From the NCBI GenBank assembly GCA_002633005.1, contig NMRA01000415.1:149091-213090 (forward strand): 64,000 nt of DNA, given 5' to 3'. The DNA comes from Phoronis australis. Taxonomy: Eukaryota > Animalia > Phoronida. The translations under genes and the position numbers were made by a program. The notes below the pieces were generated by a model. The model was not told the origin of the DNA and searched no databases. It saw only the letters and a list, made by a program, of their open reading frames with translations. Positions 1-13,097 of this stretch are shown here, in pieces (position 1 is the stretch's first letter; each line of letters begins with the position of its first letter).

Positions 1-63
1 TGCTGAAAACTGGCGAGAAACTTCTGTTTCAATGTAATGTTTATCGTTCAGTATGTGGTATAA

Positions 64-237
64 ATAGATTATTACAGTCATGTTCTCAGTCTTTATCCTT
101 CTTATCTAGAACCCCCTTGGATTTTGAATTATTGGCCAGGGGTGGGGGGGGGCATTAGCCCCGAGGGCAATAATTCTCCAAAATCCACTCGTGCTCTAGA
201 TTACGTGGGATTATGACTTCGCAGTGTAATAATCTAT
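64..237. repeat. Short imperfect palindromic (MITE-like) element
   Basis: Inverted ends ATAGATTATTACA (64) / TGTAATAATCTAT (to 237), with nested inverted TCTAGA..GGATTTTG / CAAAATCC..TCTAGA. Confidence 0.5.
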
Positions 238-3200
238 ATTCAATGAGAAGAAATTTGGTCAACTCTGTAATGACAAACATATATCAGGATGGGGTAACCA
301 TATGCCTAGAGATGTGAAACAGCTAGAACTACACACGCTTTTTATCAACAAAATTCCTCCACATTCCATTATCCTGGTTGCTAGTAGTTACCCTAGTTTT
401 TAATTTCACCCAACGATAGAGAGTTATATCCACATAAACATTGGCCAACACACATCCTAACACAGCTGGGATCACTAACTGAGGTCATACAGCCACCTCT
501 GACCAGTTTTGAATTTTGATAATCAATCAACAAAGAGGTTCTTAGTGTTAACTTAGTAAAACTGTACAACAACTCAGCACTGAAACTGTCCAGTTTCAGT
601 TCCATATAGCTATCAGATATGGAAAAACAGCATGTAGATAATTTAACACTATCTATGGTTTCAGTTTCAGTTTCGATAAGGTTGATGTAGGACTTTGTAT
701 TTTAGTTGCTTGGGCTTGTGACCAAAAATACTGAACAACTGTTGTTATCAGTGTGATGTGTTACGGTAACCGTGGAAACATAGTTTTGTGGAATAAAATT
801 TATTGTATCTTATTATTTCTAAGCCAGATTTATCATTCTTGTCAGTCCAATGAGCTTCCAAAGCTGCTGTCGGTGTGTTAAAAGAGACAGTCATGCTTAC
901 TTGTCCACTTCACATGGGCATCCAAATGTTGAACAGGGCGGTTGAGCTAGAGACTCTAAATTTTAGTCAGGGTGTCCAGTTGCAGGCCCCAACAATCTCT
1001 ATATGAAGGCCTAAGTGTGCTCAATGGACGAGTGAGATTCTGCTATTTATTTCCAGTTCTTTTGTTTCCGGGAAAAATTGTCTTCCTTTGATGAAATAAA
1101 CCATTCGGACAATACATAAATTGTTATGAAAAGTCAATTCTGTTCCGAAATTTTCAGATGTCCCAACCCAACCCAGATACTCAATCAAGATTTAATTTGC
1201 ATTTCCCTGGTCAAAAAATGCCCGTATACCAGCACATCCGCAGACTTTGATTTTGGTTCAAATTTAAAATCAATTATTGTACACTTTTCCAGGTTACAGA
1301 AATTGTGAAATCCAGGTCAAAATTGTTAACACAGAGGTCGTTACATCAAACACCGCATCCCTTACGTCACAAAATGTTTAAGTACTAGTCCACGAGAGCA
1401 CCAACCATGAGCGGCAAGGTGGGGGTCAGCCGATTTTCACCAAATTTGGCACATATGTAGTCCTATGGGATCTATAAACAGCGGTAAAATATTTCCTCAA
1501 AATATTGCGTTTTTCTAAAGTTATAGGTTCAAACACATTTTACGGTTTCGCAGCCATGTTTTCACGGTATAAAAACTGTCCAGTTTTAACTGTTCATATT
1601 TTGCCTTGAATGAAAGCTATTGCCAAACATTGTCTTTGTGACAGGTACAAAAGAACTTAAGGTATTTTTGTACAGAAAATTGACATAATTATGAAATTCC
1701 ACCGACGTCTGCTATACCATGTGTCAAATGGGTGACCCTATACAAAGAAGCTAGACTACGTATCTGGTCAAAAATCGATTCACACTGAAATATCCAAAAA
1801 TCATGAGAATTTAAACTCTTGATCCACCTGCCACAGTTGTCTGGTTAAGGCCACCATTGCTAAGCAAACACACACGTACCAATTCATAGCAAAGGCTCGC
1901 AATAATTTGTATTTTATCAATTAACACATCATATTAAAGTTTCAGTGCAAATCAACCAACCACTGCCACTCAAACAGAGAAATTACAAACCAATATTCTT
2001 TATTTTCGATGAACTTGGCTCCCTTTTCCCGCAGCTCTTTCTCAATGCCTATTTGCGAGTAAAACTCAATGACTTGATTGACCAGCTCTGGATCATGCTG
2101 GATGGCCAGTATTAATTGCTGAAACTCCGTCAATTTTTCCATTGCTCCTACAAAAACAAAATTTCAACATAACCAGGGATCAACATCAGCGAGTAAACGT
2201 ATGAAACACGAGTGGAAAAAGTAAACAGGAGTATAGAAATTTGACCTGTGCGGGCACAGACGTTCGACGTGTTTTGGTGGCTAGATTTTACAAGCCTAAA
2301 TCCAGAAATACAAGTAGCAAATACAGCTTAGATGGCCTTCGCAAGTCCAGTGCACTTCGGGTGCCAGACTGCATGCCTGCAATCTTTCTTTTTCAGACAC
2401 ACAGAGGCAATTATATACCACCAATACAGCCATGTACAGACTGAACCATTCCACAATCCAGCTGACACACATATTTAACTATCAAAAAACGTTGTCGGGG
2501 AGATTTTCTGTGATGCCACTAAAACAGTGCTGTGGCTTTTTTGAGCGACGCGGCTTAATGGCTTAACTTCACCTCGCTAGTTTCCAAATTTCAGGTCGAT
2601 TCCTTGAGGCCGCAGATGTTTTAACTTCCTTCCAACTAGAACAAATATTTCGGTAATCAAATCTTTTTTGAGCAATCTTTCGTTCAGTTGCCCAAATTGC
2701 AACTGGCCATTACCGTGCCTGCCAGGATAAGCGCACACAGTGTTAAAAATGGCCAGTTGCCAATTTGAGCACAATTAAAAGGACTGCTCGAAAAAGTTTG
2801 ATTACGGAAGCATATCTTAGAGTTCAAAGGAATTAAAGATTTCGATGGCCTAAGGTGACCCTCTATGTGCAAAAGTAGTTTCTTTAAAGCAAGGTGACAA
2901 TTTGGAGGCTTGAGGCATAATTCGCTGAAAAGCTTATAATTAAGGTTCTTAAAGCGCATGAAGTCCCTATGAGTGCATCACATCTGTACAGTTAAGTAGA
3001 GACTGTGGCACTGTCTACGAATAATCTAGATGATGTGTTCGCAATATGGCCACGGTGGGCTGGTAATAGGAGTCGGTAAATAAACACTGCCTGGGCCTGG
3101 CTGCGCAGGACCTAACCTTGGTACAAAGCTGTAAATAAATATACAGCTTTGCACCAATGCGGGTAAAAAAGTGGTAAGATAAAATCTGACACAAAATTAT

Positions 3201-3757
3201 TGTCATTAAAAACTACAGCCTTCCTTGAGTAAATTAAATTATTTAACGGTGTTGGCAAAAATGGCGTTCTACCGTTATTCAGGTGCTAAAGTTGTGGAGC
3301 GATCTTTAGTGACGGCTTTCGCCGCCATGAAATTTTGCGTCACCTATTGGCCAGTTTCTTTTTTCGCCGATTCTTCAATCATCTGTAGTTCTTTCACAAG
3401 GTTGCGTACACATCACAAAAAATTATCAGAACTGGTTTCATTTCATTAAAATTTTTTAGAATTTTGGTACCGAAAAAATGAATTTCAGAAGCAATTTTGT
3501 TGCTGCCAAGCTATCATCATCTCCCGAGAGATGTCGCAAAAAATTTAGGAAATGGCGTGTGCGTGTGACACGAGCGTACTGTTTTCAAAACGACGAAATA
3601 CTTATCATTGTTAGAAAAGGCAGAGAGTTACGCAAGAAAATGACGTTTATTGCATTGTTTTTCACTTAAACGGCTGTAACGGGCAAGGTGAGTGTCGGTT
3701 GACTCCCAGATTTTGCATGCACACCGTCCCGTCTTTAGCTTTACATGTTGATACAAG

Positions 3758-4276
3758 TGTTGTAGACGTGCTTCCGGTGAATTATATGAGCCTCTGTTAG
3801 CTACTCGCTAACGGGCAATTGCCTATTAGCTGAATGGTTAGCACGCTTGCCGGTTTTATGGGGGTCGCGGGTTCGATCCCCGGGTCGGGTGATCTCTTGA
3901 TCGGCTATTACTACAAATGGCGTAGTCGGCAAACGGATGATCTACCGATGAAGCACTGCCAACTAGTACCCACGGACCTCGGGACAGCGCGCGTGGAAGG
4001 TTCCAGGAGTCAAGGACCTGTATGAGAGACGACGTGTGTTCACCTGTGTTGTGGTGGTAAAGGTACCAAGGGACATTGATGACCTGTATGCGAGACATCC
4101 TGGTGTTCACCTTCCTGTCGCGTGCCCGTTCCGTAGGAAAGGGGGGAATGTTGTAGATGTACTTCCGGTGAATTATATGAGCCTCTGTTAGCTACTCGCT
4201 AACGGGCAATTGCCTATTAGCTGAATGGTTAGCACGCTTGCCGGTTTTATGGGGGTCGATCTCGGCTATTACTACA
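3758..4276 (+). mobile_element. Non-autonomous miniature LTR retrotransposon (TRIM) with tRNA-like LTRs (Helenus-like)
   Basis: LTR1 3758-3915 and LTR2 4149-4276, both TGT...ACA. PBS TGGCGTAGTCGGCA at 3918-3931 (complementary to a tRNA-Ser 3' end). PPT AGGAAAGGGGGGAA at 4135-4148. 4-bp TSD CAAG at 3754-3757 and 4277-4280. The 233-bp internal region has no gag/pol. Confidence 0.9.
3821..3890 (+). promoter_or_regulatory. tRNA-derived segment with Pol III A and B boxes inside LTR1 (not a functional tRNA)
   Basis: A box TAGCTGAATGGT with D-stem GCT/AGC; B box GGTTCGATCC in T-arm CGGG-TTCGATC-CCCG. Anticodon and acceptor arms are degenerate. Confidence 0.75.
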
Positions 4277-4951
4277 CAAGTTTCACGGCGCGGTGACGAG
4301 CAGAACTACACTGGCTGCGTGCAATTTCGGGTCTTCATTAGTTCATACAGGTAGCTGGCTGGCTACGCAGGACCATAACTAACTGTCGTACCGTGATGTG
4401 GCTCACTTAAGAAAATTCACTAAGCAATTTCGAATCAGCGATGTAATGTAAAAATATATAGTATGGTAAATGCAGTCGTATTCCAAAAAAATTAAAAGTT
4501 CTTGAGGAAAACGATGCATACCAACCAACCAGGTTTCAAAGCAGTCCACAGTAGTACAGTCAACAATCACGTTTAGCTTCCTTGTTAGTGTTGACATTCA
4601 ACATTAATCAAGAGATTCCAGAATCTTAAAATAATTTTACAAATATTCTTTGTTCTACGCAATATTTATCCAGATTACACAAAAAATAATTAAAAAAAAT
4701 ATTGATTGTTAAATTTTCTAAATTAAATCATACCTAAAATAAAAATATCATAAACTAATTTTTGTTTTGACATTATATTTTCGGTTGCTTTTTCTTGGAA
4801 ATTTTACTCGAACATTTCCGTAAGATACGGAAAGAAGCGAACATAAGTCGCACAAGTTTTGCTACGTCACCGTTTTCGGGAAAATGGTTGCGCCTGTGAT
4901 TCAAATATTTCCTCGGCTAACATCGGAATACTAGCCAAGTTATGAACAGAG

Positions 4952-7900
4952 ATGACATCAACTTTGGTACGTAGTTAGTTAAAATAACAAATTGGTGTGA
5001 ATCAAAGCAAGGTATGGGTTATTGTTTACAATCCGACTCCATTAATGTACACCCATGGTATCAGTATTTTCTGAATCCTCTCGTCATGCACATTTCAAAA
5101 ACGAGTTCCACGACAGTAGCATTTTCACTGGCATAAATGCCATGAATACAGTCGAGAGGTGTCGCAAAGCGACGTGAACGTGAATTTATTACGAATTTAT
5201 AATACTACCTCGTACATGCCATAGTAGCTAGTTTTGTATTACTGCAGGTTCACTAGCTAGCCCTCTAGAAGTACTCACCACTTAAAACACAGCTATTCAA
5301 CTCAGGCTTCAGTAAAACCCAATCCAGGTGCCCATCCCTGACATCCTGATTGCTTGCTGAAAGACTGCCAGCAGGGTTCCCGCCAGCAGTATAAATAAAA
5401 GAAGCATCCGGGGAACCATAAAACTGACAAATCACAAGACACCACCGAAAGATAAAGGACGAATGATGTTGACGATTACAACACTAGTATTTTACACAAA
5501 CACAGAAAGCCTGTGGCCCCTTGTTAATTCTTATTTAGTCAGACATCAAAAACATTTTATTTTGATACTGACGATAGGGTTCTCAATCTTTCTTCTTCAA
5601 CGTATTTATATTTAGCGCCTCTAGCAGATATGTACAATGATAACTGGACACCTTACCTGTACTCAGTTATTCAGTTCACGTTTAGTTTCACGTTCACGTG
5701 AAAATATAGCTGTTGGGTTTAAGAAACTCATTTTTGTTACTGTAATGTGCCTGAGTCAACACGTGCAATTACGTATGCCATGCGTCATAACTCACGGTCA
5801 CATCGCTTTGTAAAACCCATCTAATACTAGCCAGCCAGCGGCACTAGTCGGAAGAAGCGGTCCCACCTTAAACTTCTTTAATTTAGGAAAAAAAAACTTT
5901 AAGCTGTCCGTCATTCAGTTGCCCAAATTGGAACTGCTCATTATTGCTCTGCACTTGCCAGTGGATGTGAATCTTTTGCTTAGTCATCTTAAGCAAGGAT
6001 CTGAACCAAAGATGCTGCCTCGGGCAAATACTGGTCTTTGAAGTACATATACAAAATTTATAAGTACCCCATCCTACTCCTATAGTCGTATGTCATAACA
6101 AGACTGTTCCACCTGTCATTACAGGGTTACAGTGAGCCGGTGCCCCTGGATGAGTTACCTTCTGATGCTGATTCCAGGGACAATGATGCAAGATTATGGG
6201 TTGGCAACATGGATACCAGGGTAACAGAGTAAGTAAGCTGCGAAAACTTGAAGCCCAGCACCATGATTTTCTTGCAACATACCTCTGGGAAGAAATCCAG
6301 TTATGACAGGACTTGCACATCATTTTTTCACACCCTTATCTTCCACTTTGTTCTCATTCAACAAAATCGTTACCATAAACATTCTAGGGTGTGGAACAGT
6401 CTCCAAAATTTGAGACACTGAAGTTCAAGCTGGAAATAAATTTTCTTTTGTGCAAATTGGGACAATTTTGACGTTCATCGCATTTTTTAAATATGCCGGG
6501 ACATTGTGTTAGGGCTGTTCCAGCAAAATCTGTGTGGGAGGGGGGGAAGGCAACTGAAATAAAAATTTATGGGTGGTTGCGTTTGATTTAAATTCAAAAT
6601 GGCTGGTGTTCGTACTTCAAAAAAAATTAAAATTTACAGGTTTGTTGTTGTTTCATTGGGCCATAAATGTTTGATGGTGGGTAATTTTAGTAAATTTTAT
6701 AAACAATCCGCACAGAATCAAAAACTGGAACAAAAATGCAACTTGCAAAAAGTTCCGACTTTTTCACTCCCTCCGATCTCCTCATCGGCATGCCCATAAC
6801 ACCATTTAAGCACAGGTGCTCGAATTTCTCGATGGCTTATAACCATATATAAGAAACATATGTTTTCTTAGTAATGAATGACGTTAGTGGTGATGGAGGA
6901 ACAGATAAACTCAAGTGCCTGTGCAGTCAACCACAAAAACAAAAAAATTACGGGTGGTTGCATTTCAAACTTATAAAAAATTACGGGTGGTAGGCTGAAG
7001 AAATAAATGAAAAATATGGGTGGTGGGTGCGAAAAAAAGGTGCCTTCCCCCCCTCCCAAACAGATTTTACTGGAACAGCCCTAAGTAAATCAATGAAACT
7101 AGAACATCTGTAGCCTATACAGTATCACATTAATCCCAAAATTTTGGACGTGGCAAATTTTCTGTCTTATAATTCCTGAATTTGGATCAAAATTCCCATC
7201 GGCTTGAAGCTTTTCGTTCATGGTCCGAAATTTTTTTTCTTCAAATCTAAGGAATAAATCGGCCTTCTGTCAAAAAATGAACTTTTGATTTTGACCACTT
7301 CATGGTATTGGTGTCGAATACTTGCTTCATGGAATTGGTGTCTACTTTTTCCTTGGTCATAGAGGTGTACTCTGGTCTTTGGAACATCCGGCGACAGGGC
7401 CGTGACTGATTACACTGCAGTGGAACTCTCCTTTGTCCCTGAGATAAGAAAGCACGTGAGCTTGTTTTGAAAATCAGGCATATGTTCGTGTCTCTCATTG
7501 ATGTTGACAACGCGAAGAATTTCAGATCATGCATCCACGGGTATTTATCCAGTTTATCAAATTAGCTTTTTCACGTCGAATTTGCTGCCGACAGCACAGC
7601 AGCAATACTGGTCAGTTATTGCATGCACTGATATGGTCTCAAACAAACAATAACCAACCTTCATCTCTAATTAAGCCCAGAAATTACGTCTCATCGGAAT
7701 GAGGAACAACTTACAGTGGCTATAAATTTCCATACCGTCGCAGAAAATAATTTTTATTTGGTCTCTAGGCTCACGTTAGACTTTCAAAGATGTTAGCCAA
7801 AATGGCTAATGCATCTAAAAACCTTTAGCCATTTTCAAAAATTATTAGCCAAACGCATTCCCTTTTTCCAACCCACGCTATGGATAAAAGTGATGACCGA

Positions 7901-10890
7901 ACTTTTTATTTTTCATGTGATGCACAGGTCCTTTTCACAATGTTCCATAAGTTAAGATGTTTGCCGAAAAAAGCAAATGAACTTCATTCATAGGTCAGAT
8001 GACGGGCCCGAAATGGAGCATTCGAATTAAAATGACGAGCGTTGGTACTAAAATATATTAAAATATCCACGTATCGAGCGATGCGCTCTTTCTCAAGGGT
8101 GTGCTACAAACTGCTGAAAATATGTGGATAGATCTAAAATAAAATGACACAGGGGACCACATAGTGACATACAATAAACGTGAACATTCTGAACACAACA
8201 GGACATAGCAACTACCAGTGGGGTAGGGAGAGAGGGAGAGAGAGAGAGATACCCAAACAGAGACATATGCAGCTACTGGAGTCTATTCACTAGACTTGTA
8301 GACTCCAGTAGCTGCGTACGTCTCTGTTTGGATCTCTCTCTCTCTTTCGTCATACGTAGGCCTACCCCACTGATAGTTGCTACCACTTAGCCGACCCAAG
8401 TGCCGACCACAGAGGCGACTCAGCAGACGGCTCCTAGCCGACCGTTGTTGGTCGGCTGCTGGTAGGCTAGACGACCGGTCGACGGCCGGTCGTCGACCAA
8501 TTTTCGTGATGTGTGCTGTATGTCCTGTTGTGTTCACATTGTTCACATTTATTGTATGTCACTATGTGATCCCCTGTGCCATTTTATTTTAGATCTATCC
8601 ACGTTTTCAACAGTCTGTAGCACATCCTTGAGAAAGTGGGCATCGCTTGATACGTGGGGATATTTTAATATATTTTAGTACCAACGCTCGTCATTTTAGT
8701 TCTGGTAGTTTTACTTTTTTGTGAGCCTTATTTGAATGTATGTCAGAGAATAGTAGTTATTTCAGATTCAACATGCTGAAGATACTTCAAAAGTACGGAG
8801 CACTCAAAAGACTGGACTTTCTGTACAACAGAGTTGGCCCTGATAAAGGCAAACCCCGTGGCTATTGTTTTGTAACCTACACCTGTAAGGAGGATGCAGA
8901 GAGGGCCAAGAAAGCTTTGAATGGCAAGGTTGGTTTTGTGGATGTATTATTTTCTGTGCTGGTGGTAATTTATGCACGAGGTCATCCAAACCAGAGGATG
9001 TTAGACTACGTTTCTCACGCAACAACACGTGAGTGAAGGTCAAGTATGCTGGATACTTCACTAACGCAATCTAGTGCCAAAATGATAGCTACTGAAATGA
9101 TTGGTAGGTGAGGTTGGAATGTTGATTTATGGGGTAGACTTCATGATTTATGGGATAAACTTCATGAATTATGGGATAGCATTTATTGTTTCGATGATGA
9201 ACATTTTTTGTCGCAAGTGCAAGGTGGCGGTGAAACTTGAGATTTTGAATTGAGGACTGTTGTGGTGACCCCTTAACTACATTTTACATCTTGTGTAAAA
9301 GGATACCAAACACAGTTTTGGCCTATTATACATACTAAAAATGACTTTCCCATCCAGTTCTTTGAAGTAAATTAATGCTCTGTACCCTCGACAATCCTCA
9401 AAAGTTTGGAGGAAAATTTGAAAGTTCCCTTTGAAGTCTGCTAAAGTTGCAAGCGTGACCTACGCTTATAGCGAATTACACGGCAACTGTGGGGAAAGAC
9501 CATAACGTCCAATCTGTGACACAGGGAGTATAAGTTTTTCATTGATTCCCACCCTAAACTTAGAAGATTAATGCCAACGATGCACCACCAGGTGGCAGAA
9601 CAAAGATTGCTCGAAATCATCAAAACGAGATTTAGTATCCTTTAAAGCTGAAGTTAGCCTTACAAGGTTTACTTTTTTCAAGGTGGTTCTGTCCAAGAGG
9701 TTATTTGTCAAGGAGGCCCACATCCAGACTGAGGTAAGTTTAATACCTGTACTATGATGCAAAACATCGGTGCCTAGTATACACGTATGTTAGTCTTTAA
9801 ACTCAAAGCTACAAGGTGAAGCACCAGTGCTTTTCCTTCACTTCTAACTGTTGCAGCTACCTTGTGTCATCGCATTCTTGTCTTCTCGTACCTTACATGA
9901 AGCTAGAAACATATCGTTTTCACTGCACTGTAGGTCGGTGTATATCAACACTTTGCAGTGATCATGTTCCTTAAAGCCACACTCCCCAGACTTTTCCATG
10001 CCTTACAAAAATAATCGCACATAATAGTTATGAGATGAAAAGAGCATCATGTCTGTTCCCTATTCCCAGCTCTTAACGTCAACTCGGTACACTAATATTG
10101 GATGAGCTGTTGATGTCAGACACAAAGCAAGCTAAGGGAAGTCCAGTTCGCAGTGTCTTGCTGCAGCCATCACTAACACTAATTCCTGACCTATTCAGCA
10201 TACGATATGGCGGACGAGTGAAATTTTATTTTGTCAATTTTTTTCTGAAAAAAAAGATTAAGAACATTTCGGTTTGTTGCGGACTTGGTTTTAAGTTGTT
10301 GTCATAAAACAATAATTGGTAAAGTCTCCATTATGTGCAGCATGGTAATAAGCTTTGAAACACGGGAACAGGGATATTTTAGGCATTATATTTATGGAAA
10401 GTACGTGGAGAATTTCCATACTAGTCAAAGCTGTTGTCTGTACATGACGTCATGTGGCCCGAATCTTCTAGGTTGTCTATTTATAGCACATGCTGTTGGT
10501 AAGGTGTCGTGTTTATCTAAGGTTTATCTATCTTGTTTGTGACTTCTCATTTAAGGATATTTAACCTTGATGGTACTCCTTTAAAACTGGTAATGTACTG
10601 ATATATAATTGTATGTACTAATAACATTAGAAATCGTTATTTAGGGACCTGTAAAACAGGAAATAAAACCTGCGTCATGCTCTGTCAGTGCAGAGGACAA
10701 GATCAAAGCAATAGAAGCCAAACTGAAGAGTATGGAGAAGTCGAAAGAGGAATTTTCTATTGCTCAACAGAATCTCCCTGTGGTGGTTAGGCAGAGAGAG
10801 ACACCTGGTGCACATAGGCAGAACTCTGACAGAGTGACATCTGGTAGACACTCAGGACATCATCCATATAAAAAGGCTGTGGATAGGTGA
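4952..10890 (+). CDS. RBM18: RNA-binding protein 18 (single RRM), about 192 aa, 5 coding exons
   Basis: Exons 4952-4966 (MTSTL, tentative), 6125-6228 (RLWVGNMDTRVTE, RNP2), 8766-8928 (FNMLKILQKYG...KPRGYCFVTY, RNP1), 9683-9733 (VVLSKRLFVKEAH), 10645-10890 (EDKIKAIEAKLKSM...HPY..stop). All introns are GT-AG with compatible phases. The motifs match RBM18 as recalled (RLWIGNLD, PRGYCFV, KIKAIEAKLK). Confidence 0.9.
6512..7081. mobile_element. MITE (570 bp) in an RBM18 intron
   Basis: About 40-bp TIRs GGGCTGTTCCAGCAAAATCTGTGTGGGAGGGGGGAAGGCA / TGCCTTCCCCCCCTCCCAAACAGATTTTACTGGAACAGCCC, flanked by TTA and TAA (TA duplicated). No ORF. Confidence 0.85.
8024..8702. repeat. Long palindrome (about 260-bp arms) with a 136-bp TA-flanked insertion in the right arm
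   Basis: Left arm 8024-8285 is the reverse complement of 8299-8382 plus 8521-8702, with scattered mismatches. The GC-rich insert 8383-8518 lies between duplicated TA. Confidence 0.9.
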
Positions 10891-11760
10891 CAGCACTGTA
10901 GTCTCACTTTATTTATTTATTTTTTATTATGAAATATTATTGTTTAATCTGTTCTTGTCAGTGGCTATGATTGGTTTACTTTAATCAATGTTGGTGCTAT
11001 AAATGAGATTACTGCTGCTGCACATTTGTACTCGAGATCATCCACAGGAAACTTTGTTGGGCTTTGCAATGTTTTGAATGAGTAAAATCGTGGCTGAGGG
11101 ACGGGCCACACAGGCTGGCACCACATCAGAGGAGGGAGGCAGTGGCACCAATATGAGGCGAGAGTGTCCCAAGCATTAGTGGCCTGGCACAAAACTAGGC
11201 AGCAACCAGGGAGTGGCACCGCTACGTCTGCAGTGATATTCCTAGCTAAGTGACAGTGTCACGGCATGACGGATACAATCCGCAATGTAGTGAATTCACC
11301 TTGGTGCTGAGGGCCATGAAACTCACAAATGAGATGACGTCACTGTTGTTGCTGCACCAAATTCTCAGTTACCTCACTGACTGCACTGCATCAATTGTGA
11401 ATATTCAAAGTACCTAGTTATTTCTCAAATTTTGAAAATGGACAATGTTTGTCTTTCTTGAAAGTTGCATGTTTGACTGTCACACACTGTTTACAACTGT
11501 ATTGATGATGAGTCTTGTAGTTTACACATCCAACTGTTCACTTGCTGGTCATGAGTGGCCAGTGATTCTGTGAGACAACAGACCCTCTGAAATGATGTAG
11601 TCTTACCATGCTTCAAAATTTTAAGCATGATTAAATTGATAGCAAGCAATTCACGCCATGACACTAGTCTTATCATTCTTACTTCTTGGTCTTTGATTTC
11701 CCTTCATTTTGAAACTTGCATTATGGGTTACTTTGTTGATAAGCCATAAAGTACTATAAT

Positions 11761-11766
11761 AATAAA
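11761..11766 (+). terminator. Probable polyadenylation signal of RBM18
   Basis: AATAAA about 870 bp after the stop codon, followed by a GT/T-rich tract. Confidence 0.5.
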
Positions 11767-13097
11767 GGCTTTTTGTTTATTATCTGTCTTGTTTTTTGTC
11801 TCACACATGTGGCTGACTGTGCTCATTTTCGAAAACAAAAGCCGAAAATTAATCTTGATGGCAACTCAAATTTCACTAGGTGGCGTTAGTGAAGCACGCA
11901 TCAGGCTGTCTGTATTCAGACAACCGCTGGTACACTTTTTCTATCCTGGAACTAGGAAGGTGTAAGGGAGAGAGGGCGGGGGAGGGGGAGTGCACAACCA
12001 CAGTTTTTATAGGAAACGCTTGAGCAGGGAGTTGATACTTTCCCTTCTAAATCCGCAGTATGCCACCAACCTTACCGAACGTGCGGTGCATCCTGATTCA
12101 TCACTACCAGACCATTGTTTTGGAGTGGAATTCCTTGTATGCTTTTTATGACCCCACATTTGTATATGTGGCCGCAAACTATCACCTTGTGGGGTGCCCT
12201 GTTAGGTTGTCCCCTGTCGGCTTGATACCTAAAACCCCTGGTCTGATTATGATGAAATTTGGCACAAAGGTGTAGGGCATCACTAGAGCAGTTCGTGCCA
12301 CTTTTCAATCTTACCCGCCCCCTGGTGTCTGAGTGCGCGTAATAGATGTGTAGCTCGTGCTTCCTTGAAGCGCAAATTCATCTTGACGTGAGCGGCTTTT
12401 ACTATTTCTAGGAAAATTTGTGTTACAATGTATCTCGCATTTATGGCGACCTGTTGCTGGGAGTACTGGTAAAAAGTAGTAAAAAGACAAACGTTAGTAT
12501 TGAAATCTATTTTAAAATCTCAAAATAGTCTCCATGTTTCGAGTGACACGCTCTTTGTGGTAAATAGTGTGCTGGTCGAAACGTGTGGAATATTTTAATA
12601 ACGATATTCGTCTTTTTACGCTATTACCGTTAGTCAAGGAAAGGTTTTTTAACACTCTTTCTTATGTTACTTTTTTGAGGTGAGGACGCCAAGACGAACT
12701 TCGGAATGCAAAAGTGACATTATACTTTTCCTTTTAAGCTCACGGGGATGCTACTTTGTAATTAAAACTAATACAGCTGTATTTAACCTGCTCAAAATTC
12801 CATTTGATCCAATACATACAAGTGATCGTACACATGAGAAATTATTCATATTTCCCTCGTTCTCTGTCGTATCATGCATTCTTGCCAAGAATAATAAAAT
12901 GATGTGGCTTTGCTATGGGCGCGCTATTCTATCGTTTTCCGCTCGAGCTTAGGTAGCATCAGGAATAGTTCCTAGTAAGATAAAAAACATTTTAAAATTA
13001 AAATCCAGTCAACTAAAACTGCGAATTAAAGTAATGCATGGAACCTGCCTTAGTAATAACCGGCGAACCAATCGAGTTTCGACAAAAGGCTCGGAGG

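Noticed and set aside
1942-2460. Exon-like - strand segments (MEKLTEFQQL... after a good acceptor; CRHAVWHPKCTGL, PHD-like)
   Set aside because: Stops and frameshifts prevent a coherent model and no family could be recognised. It may be a decayed transposon gene.
3821-3890. Functional tRNA gene
   Set aside because: No proper anticodon or acceptor stem, and it is part of an LTR.
393-4600. A - strand gene head-to-head with RBM18 (donor-like sites near 4404, 2244 and 896)
   Set aside because: No recognisable protein could be assembled; splice-like signals alone are insufficient.
6093-6323. - strand ORF MMCKSCHNW (PHD-like)
   Set aside because: It is antisense to RBM18 exon 6125-6228, which explains the region.
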